From: Dehalococcoidia bacterium
GTDB lineage: Bacteria > Chloroflexota > Dehalococcoidia > GIF9 > AB-539-J10
Direction of reading: 5' to 3'
Assembly: GCA_030612025.1 (NCBI GenBank)
Contig: JAUWOR010000002.1
Coordinates: 1-64,000, forward strand
DNA: 64,000 nt
The notes under the pieces are model-generated. The model was not told where the DNA came from. It was given only the letters and a program-made list of their open reading frames with translations, and did not search any database. Of the stretch, positions 57,957 through 64,000 are shown piece after piece. The first letter of the stretch is position 1. Every line of letters begins with the position of its first letter. The position numbers and the translations under genes were made by a program.

Positions 57957-58022
57957 AAAGCACCAAATACCAATATCCAAATCCCAAAATATTTGGAGCT
58001 TGGAATTTAGGATTTGAGATTT
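57957..58022 (+). repeat. Short heptamer-periodic hairpin element
   Basis: aagcaccaaataccaatatccaaatccc / tttggagcttggaatttaggatttgagattt inside the ATPase operon. Confidence 0.75.
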
Positions 58023-58043
58023 AAGTTAGGGAGGTAGTGAACC

Positions 58044-59798
58044 ATGGGTAAAATATGGAGAGTTTCTGGTCCCCTAGTTATAGCTGATGACATGAAAGGC
58101 TCCCATGTTTATGAAATTGTTGAGATAGGGGAGGAAGGGCTCATAGGAGAGATAATAGGTCTGGAGGGAAATAAGGCCATAATACAAGCACATGAAGATA
58201 CTCTGGGATTAAAAACTGGCGAAGTAGTGAGAGGAACAGGAAGGATTTTGAGCGCCGAGTTAGGCCCGGGGCTGGTGGGCTCTATTTATGATGGGCTGCA
58301 AAAATCTTTGCTTACTCTGGCTGAGAGTACCGGCTCGTTTATAAAACGAGGTGCTAAAGCACTGGCACTTTCCCGGGACAAGAAGTGGCAGTTCACAGCT
58401 AAAGTCAAAGTTGGGGATACAATCAGTGAAGGGGATATAATAGGCACAGTCCCCGAGACTAACCTCATAGAACACAGAATAATGGTGCCTGTAGGAACCA
58501 AAGGCATAGTAAAGGAGATACGCACAGGCGACTATACCGTTGAGGAGCCTATAGCAAGGGTAGAGCATGATGGGGAAGTAAAAGAGCTCACGCTGATGCA
58601 AGAATGGCCAGTAAGAAAGCCCAGGCCCTATAAGCAGAGGCTCGACCCTTCAGGCTTGCTCACCACCGGCATGCGAATTCTGGATTATATGTTCCCTTTA
58701 GCTCTTGGTGGCAAAGCTTCCATACCAGGAGGCTTTGGCACTGGGAAGACCGTTGCTTTACAGCAGCTAGCGAGGTGGGCTCAGACGCATCTGAATATCT
58801 ACGTTGGCTGTGGTGAAAGAGGCAATGAGATGGCTGATGTACTTTATAGCTTTAGAAAGCTTAAGGAACCTAACACGGGAAGACTACTACAGGAGAAGGA
58901 AATATTCATAGCTAACACTTCTAACATGCCGGTTGTGGCTAGGGAAGCAAGCATCTTTGTCGGTATTACTATGGCTGAATACTTCAGAGATATGGGTTAC
59001 GATGTTTTGCTGGTTGCCGATTCAACTTCGAGATGGGCTGAAGCTATGAGGGAAATGGGCGGCAGGCTGGAGGAAATGCCAGGGGAGGAGGGTTTCCCTT
59101 CATATCTGGGTTCACGGCTTTCCTCTTTCTATGAAAGGGCAGGAATGGTTGAATGCTTAGGCAGCCCCAAAAGGAAAGGGTCGGTAACAGTAGCTGGCGC
59201 TGTAAGTCCTCCCGGGGCTGACTTCAGTGAACCAGTAACTCAGAATACGATTAGAATAATAGATGCTTTATACGCCTTAGATGTTTCCCTGGCGAACAAG
59301 AGACATTTCCCAGCGATAAGCTGGCTCACTAGCTATAGCCTCTATGTGGATGCAGTTAAAGATTGGTGGGAAAAGGTTGACCCAGGGTGGGATAATACCA
59401 GGGCTACCGCTTTGAGGATACTGCAACAAGAGGCTGAGTTGGAGGAAATTGTAAGACTTGTAGGTCCTGAAGCTTTACCTGAGGATGACAAACTATTGCT
59501 GCTTACCTCCAGGATGATACGTGAGGACTTTCTCCAGCAAAGTGCTTATCACGAAGTTGATACCTATTGCGTGCCAGCTAAGGCTGGCCTTATGCTTAAA
59601 ACCATCATAAAGTTTTATGAACTAGCTCAGGATATGTTGAATTCGGGACTAGGTATTGAGGAGGTTCGTTCATCTCCGATAGTGTATCGGATATCAAGGA
59701 TGAAAGAGATACCCAATGATACCTTTGAACAAAAAGCCAAGGAACTATGGTCCGAAATGGAAAAAAGCTTAGTAGCTCGCAAAGGAGGAATCTCATGA
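58044..59798 (+). CDS. atpA: A/V-type ATP synthase subunit A
   Basis: [45 protein letters not shown]. Confidence 0.97.
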   Translation: MGKIWRVSGPLVIADDMKGSHVYEIVEIGEEGLIGEIIGLEGNKAIIQAHEDTLGLKTGEVVRGTGRILSAELGPGLVGSIYDGLQKSLLTLAESTGSFIKRGAKALALSRDKKWQFTAKVKVGDTISEGDIIGTVPETNLIEHRIMVPVGTKGIVKEIRTGDYTVEEPIARVEHDGEVKELTLMQEWPVRKPRPYKQRLDPSGLLTTGMRILDYMFPLALGGKASIPGGFGTGKTVALQQLARWAQTHLNIYVGCGERGNEMADVLYSFRKLKEPNTGRLLQEKEIFIANTSNMPVVAREASIFVGITMAEYFRDMGYDVLLVADSTSRWAEAMREMGGRLEEMPGEEGFPSYLGSRLSSFYERAGMVECLGSPKRKGSVTVAGAVSPPGADFSEPVTQNTIRIIDALYALDVSLANKRHFPAISWLTSYSLYVDAVKDWWEKVDPGWDNTRATALRILQQEAELEEIVRLVGPEALPEDDKLLLLTSRMIREDFLQQSAYHEVDTYCVPAKAGLMLKTIIKFYELAQDMLNSGLGIEEVRSSPIVYRISRMKEIPNDTFEQKAKELWSEMEKSLVARKGGIS

Positions 59799-61198
59799 AT
59801 ATCTCTTCGCTCTACGTCAAAGAGGGAAGAGCAATCAACAAGGCCAAAGGAGCTTTGATCATAGCTGAAAGCATCCCGGGCATAAAATTTAATGAGATAG
59901 TTGATGTTCAGCTTAGCAGTGGTGAGATAAAAACTGGTCAAGCAATAGACATCAGTGAGGAGGCAACTATAGTTCAGGTATTTGGTGGAGTCAGCGAAGT
60001 AGACCTTATTGGGAGCAAAGTAAGGTGCAAAGGCGAGACTCTAAAACTGCCGGTATCTATAGACATCTTAGGAAGAATCTTTAATGGGATGGGAGAACCT
60101 ATAGATGGAGCTCCACCCATAATTCCAGAAGACTACTTGGATATTAACGGACAGCCTATAAACCCTGCATCTCGCCAGCCACCATCCGAGTTTATTGAAA
60201 CAGGTATATCGGCAATAGATGGCTTAAATAGCTTGGTTAGAGGACAGAAATTGCCCATATTTAGCGGTTCAGGTCTGCCGCACAACCGAATTGCGGCTCA
60301 AATAATCAGGCAAGCCACGGTAAAAGGTGAAGAGGAAAGATTCGCTTTAGTGTTCGGAGCCATTGGTGTAAGCTATGACGATGCTTCCTTCTTCATGAGG
60401 AATCTTGAGAGGACAGGCGCTCTGGAGAGAACAGTGGCCTTCATCAACACTGCGTCAGATCCCGTTATAGAGCGAATATCAACGCCAAGGTTGGCTTTAA
60501 CCGCAGCCGCGTACCTGGCATGGAAACAAGATATGCATGTACTGGTTGTACTTACTGACATGACTAATTATTGCGAGGCTCTTCGTGAGCTCTCCTCCAT
60601 GCGTGAAGAAATACCCTCAAGAAGAGGATACCCAGGATATATGTATACCGACCTGGCTACAATGTATGAAAGAGCCGGTAGGATTTTTGGTAAAGAAGGC
60701 TCAGTAACTATAATGCCCATTCTGACCATGCCCGATGATGATATAACACATCCCATACCCGACCTTACTGGCTATATAACCGAAGGGCAAATTGTGCTTT
60801 CCCGAACTCTGGAAAGAAAGGGAATATACCCGCCGATAGATGTATTCCTGTCCCTTTCACGGATGATGAAAGAAGGAATTGGTCCCGGTAAGACCAGGGA
60901 GGATCATAACAATGTCTTCATGCAATCATATGCTGCTTATTCTGAAGGATGTTACCTCAGGGAAATATCAACCATCATAGGTGCTGAGGCGTTAGGTGAA
61001 AGGGATAAAATATATTTAGCGAATGCAGATGAGTTTGAGAGGAAATTCATATCTCAGGGCGAGTTTGAAAAAAGAAAAGTAGCAGACACCTTAGATATAG
61101 CTTGGAGGCTATTTTCGGCATTGCCTGAAGAAGACCTAAAGCTAATTAGTGAGAAATTCATCAAAGGGTATCTTCCAAAGTACTCAAGAAAGACTTAA
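59795..61198 (+). CDS. atpB: A/V-type ATP synthase subunit B
   Basis: [46 protein letters not shown]; true start ATG 59795 (ATGA overlap, GGAGG RBS). Confidence 0.97.
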   Translation: MNISSLYVKEGRAINKAKGALIIAESIPGIKFNEIVDVQLSSGEIKTGQAIDISEEATIVQVFGGVSEVDLIGSKVRCKGETLKLPVSIDILGRIFNGMGEPIDGAPPIIPEDYLDINGQPINPASRQPPSEFIETGISAIDGLNSLVRGQKLPIFSGSGLPHNRIAAQIIRQATVKGEEERFALVFGAIGVSYDDASFFMRNLERTGALERTVAFINTASDPVIERISTPRLALTAAAYLAWKQDMHVLVVLTDMTNYCEALRELSSMREEIPSRRGYPGYMYTDLATMYERAGRIFGKEGSVTIMPILTMPDDDITHPIPDLTGYITEGQIVLSRTLERKGIYPPIDVFLSLSRMMKEGIGPGKTREDHNNVFMQSYAAYSEGCYLREISTIIGAEALGERDKIYLANADEFERKFISQGEFEKRKVADTLDIAWRLFSALPEEDLKLISEKFIKGYLPKYSRKT

Positions 61199-61210
61199 GC
61201 GTGAGCAAAA

Positions 61211-61843
61211 ATGCCACAGCAATTAATCAAAGTTAGACCGACAAAAATTGAGCTGGTAAAACTGAAGCGCAGGCTTAAATTGGCTCAAAGAGTACAAAAA
61301 ATAGTCAAGGATAGGCTTTCAATATTAACCATGGAATTCTTGCAGACAGCGAGAGAGACAGTAGAGGCTAAAAGAAAGCTAGTTGATGCCTTCTCCGAGG
61401 CTTATAAGGCACTATCATTTGCCACTGGGTATCATGGATACATAGCGCTGGAAAAGGAATTAATAGCAACTGAAGCTGATCCTAAAGTCGCTGCTGGCTC
61501 AAGAAATATAGCCGGGGTGAGAATCCCCTCTTTTGAGCTAAGGGGCAATGGAAAGCCAATGAGAGGGTATAACCTGGTTGATACCTCTTCATGGTTAGAT
61601 CACTCAGCCCAACTAGCTGGAAAATGCCTTGAAGCTACCATAGAAATAGCTGAACTCCAGAGGAGCCTTGAATTATTGGGAATGGAAATAAAAAGGACGA
61701 AAAGGATAACCAATGCTTTAGAATATATGATAATCCCCGGGCTTCAGGCGACGATAAAATACTTGAATATGAAGTTTGAGGAAAGGGATAGAGAAGAGAA
61801 GGGACGGCTAAAACGTGTGAAGGTGCTGGTTGCGCGAGGATAG
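61211..61843 (+). CDS. atpD: A/V-type ATP synthase subunit D
   Basis: PTKIEL, NIAGVRIP, TKRITNALE, EERDREE. Confidence 0.94.
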   Translation: MPQQLIKVRPTKIELVKLKRRLKLAQRVQKIVKDRLSILTMEFLQTARETVEAKRKLVDAFSEAYKALSFATGYHGYIALEKELIATEADPKVAAGSRNIAGVRIPSFELRGNGKPMRGYNLVDTSSWLDHSAQLAGKCLEATIEIAELQRSLELLGMEIKRTKRITNALEYMIIPGLQATIKYLNMKFEERDREEKGRLKRVKVLVARG

Positions 61844-61847
61844 GAGG

Positions 61848-62285
61848 ATGCCTAATAACCTACCTTACGAAAAGATGCTTCAGGAATGCTTGAGAGGTGA
61901 GCTCAGAGTAGTAAATGCTGGACTACCACGGAGCCAGAAACCGCTATCCACTTTATTACGTGAAGAATACCCCCATGTAATATGCAGTGATGGCAGCACT
62001 CACTCCTTTAAAAGAAGAGAGCTTGAGCATCTTGCCAGCATGATAAATACTGAGGAGCAAAAAGCATTGTTATTGCCTATACTTATAGAACTGGGGCGAA
62101 ATCAAGCCGAGGCAGCCATAATATGCCAAGCAGATGTAGAGGAAAAAGTTATATCAAAAATACTTAGCATGCCCACTACACCCGAGCAAGGAAGGATTAG
62201 GATATATAAGCCACAGTTAGCCCTGCTAAGGAAAAGGCTAAAAACAACAACGCAGTACGTATTTTCTCCCAAAATCCTCAAATAA
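61848..62285 (+). CDS. DUF61 (UPF0216)-like protein
   Basis: VNAGLP..KPL..LL.EEYP...DGSTH.F...EL, LLPILIE, LR..L.TTTQY; start ATG 61848 with AGGAGG RBS. Confidence 0.7.
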   Translation: MPNNLPYEKMLQECLRGELRVVNAGLPRSQKPLSTLLREEYPHVICSDGSTHSFKRRELEHLASMINTEEQKALLLPILIELGRNQAEAAIICQADVEEKVISKILSMPTTPEQGRIRIYKPQLALLRKRLKTTTQYVFSPKILK

Positions 62286-62396
62286 CCACAATGTGCTTGA
62301 CTTAGGAGAGATAATACGTCAATATACTGTGCTAAATTTGCTTATGAAACCAGTATGACGACCTGATCGCACCGGGATTAAGGAGGTAAGTTCTAT

Positions 62397-62591
62397 ATGG
62401 CTCTGCCTAAGAAAAAAACTGCCAAGGCACGCCAAGGTAAAAGGCGTAGCCACCTTAAGCTTAATTTACCGGCCTTGGATATCTGCCCTCAGTGCCAGAG
62501 TCTTAAGTTAGCTCACCATGTTTGCCCTACTTGCGGTAGTTATAATGATAGACATGCGGTCGAGGTCAAGACACCTAAGAAAAAAGGCTAG
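62397..62591 (+). CDS. rpmF: 50S ribosomal protein L32
   Basis: MALPKKK..RRSH, CPQC..HHVCPTCGSY. Confidence 0.96.
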   Translation: MALPKKKTAKARQGKRRSHLKLNLPALDICPQCQSLKLAHHVCPTCGSYNDRHAVEVKTPKKKG

Positions 62592-62599
62592 CTAGGGGT

Positions 62600-63547
62600 A
62601 TGGCTGAGATATCTAAGACAGCCTATGTTTTTCCCGGGCAGGGGTCCCAGAGCGTTGGTATGGGGTTGGACTTATATCGCCGCTATTCTACAGCTAGGGA
62701 AGTCTTCGATGAAGCTGATGCTACTTTAGCTTTTCCCCTCTCGTGCCTATGCTTTGACGGGCCGGAAGAGGAACTAACGAGAACAGATAATGTCCAGCCA
62801 GCGATATTAGTAACCAGTATTGCTTGCCTAAGGGCAGCTCAACAAGCTAGCAATAAGGATTTGCCCACTCCCTCCTTTGTCGCTGGACATAGCTTGGGGG
62901 AATACACTGCCCTCGTGGCTGCCAATGCCCTCAGCTTGGGCGACGCCGTGCGCTTAGTTCGGGAAAGGGGGAGATTAATGTATAAAGCGGGGCAAAAAAA
63001 TGCGGGAGGCATGCTAGCCATAATAGGGCTTGATATAGACACTGTTGCAGATGTATGCCTTCGCAGCGAAAGCACTATCTCCAACATCAACTGCCCAGGA
63101 CAGATTGTAATTAGTGGCGCTACTGATGCTCTGGCTGAGGCCAGCAAATTAGCTAGAATGAAAGGTGCCCGTCGCCTTATTCCCTTAAAGGTAAGCGGTG
63201 CCTTTCATTCCCCCTTAATGGAACCGATTATAGCTGAATTCAGAGAAGGTATCTCAAATTTCACCTTTCACCCACCAGCTATTCCCTTGATAGCTAACGT
63301 AACTGCTCAGCCACTGACTAACGTTGATTCCATCAAAGAGGAGCTTCTAAAACAGCTTCGCCACTGCATCCAATGGCAGCCTTCTATTGAATATATGACG
63401 CATAACGGGGTTGCTTCCTTTTATGAGATTGGCCCCGGAAGGGTGCTCTGTGGTTTAATTAAACGAATCGATCCAAGAGTACAGACCTTCAACATTTCAG
63501 GAATTGAGGATGTCACACAGCTAGAAAGTTCAGCCACATCTAACTAA
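62600..63547 (+). CDS. fabD: Malonyl-CoA:ACP transacylase
   Basis: FPGQGSQ, GHSLGEY, VSGAFHS, EIGPG. Confidence 0.96.
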   Translation: MAEISKTAYVFPGQGSQSVGMGLDLYRRYSTAREVFDEADATLAFPLSCLCFDGPEEELTRTDNVQPAILVTSIACLRAAQQASNKDLPTPSFVAGHSLGEYTALVAANALSLGDAVRLVRERGRLMYKAGQKNAGGMLAIIGLDIDTVADVCLRSESTISNINCPGQIVISGATDALAEASKLARMKGARRLIPLKVSGAFHSPLMEPIIAEFREGISNFTFHPPAIPLIANVTAQPLTNVDSIKEELLKQLRHCIQWQPSIEYMTHNGVASFYEIGPGRVLCGLIKRIDPRVQTFNISGIEDVTQLESSATSN

Positions 63548-63549
63548 CT

Positions 63550-64000
63550 ATGGGTTTAAGGCGAAAGGCGCGATTCACTGCTCTTCAGATACTCTATGAG
63601 CTCGATTGCACAGAACATGGAGCAAAAGAAGCTTTAGCTCGTTTAGCAACTGAGAAAGCGTTACCGCAAGAGGCACTTAGCTTCAGTGAGGAACTTATAC
63701 AAGGGGTGCTGCAAAATAAATTCAAACTCGATGACATCATTAAGCGCTTTGCACCAGCTTTTCCTATAGAACAAATGTCTGCTATCGATAGAAATATCCT
63801 GCGACTTGCCATCTTTGAGATTTTATTTGATAATAACACCCCAATTAAGGTAGCTATAAATGAGGCTGTAGAGCTAGCTAAGGCTTTTGGCAGCGATTCT
63901 TCGCCAAGGCTAATTAACGGAGTGTTAGGGTCAATAGTAACTGAATATGGTGCGAAGAAACACAAGCCAGAAAACCTAACAGACCGTTCAAGACACTATT
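63550..64000 (+). CDS. nusB: Transcription antitermination factor NusB (runs off the window end; not in the ORF track)
   Basis: My translation from ATG 63550: MGLRRKARFTALQILYELD...IDRNILRLAIFE...KVAINEAVELAKAFG...INGVLG. Confidence 0.95.
   Translation, partial: MGLRRKARFTALQILYELDCTEHGAKEALARLATEKALPQEALSFSEELIQGVLQNKFKLDDIIKRFAPAFPIEQMSAIDRNILRLAIFEILFDNNTPIKVAINEAVELAKAFGSDSSPRLINGVLGSIVTEYGAKKHKPENLTDRSRHY

Overview
Chromosomal segment of an anaerobic bacterium, most likely Dehalococcoidia (Chloroflexota); this is inferred from gene content and order, not from a marker gene. 1-12.7 kb: Wood-Ljungdahl cluster (3' part of fhs, acsE, cdhD, archaeal-type cdhA/cdhB/cdhC, cdhE, cooC, DUF3786) interleaved with a NuoE/NuoF/HoxU-like diaphorase module that has no hydrogenase subunit. 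13-23 kb: housekeeping genes (tsaD, CIRCE-controlled groES/groEL, M16 peptidase, pyk). 23.4-34.3 kb: nuclease-rich accessory island, the most unusual part. It holds a chimeric DUF6125::helicase-tail ORF bracketed by diverged direct repeats, a NYN RNase facing an antisense promoter with a ~50-nt structured RNA, an Eco57I/TaqI-like methyltransferase, and three copies of that methyltransferase's 3' tail punctuating unrelated cargo genes like a cassette array. 35-42 kb: two-component system, an NfnB/GltD-ferredoxin-MvhD fusion with metV-metF, and a double-receiver protein. 42-53 kb: lysA, holB, ricT, dnaC-like/dnaD/dnaB, rplI, trxB and an activase pseudogene. 53-62 kb: archaeal-order A/V-type ATP synthase operon with a Na+-type c subunit and DUF61. 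The window ends with rpmF-fabD-nusB (partial). Three families of small palindromic or heptameric repeats are scattered throughout, and some sit in frame inside essential genes. No rRNA, tRNA, CRISPR array, transposase or integrase was seen. All assignments are from motif recognition; no database searches were run.
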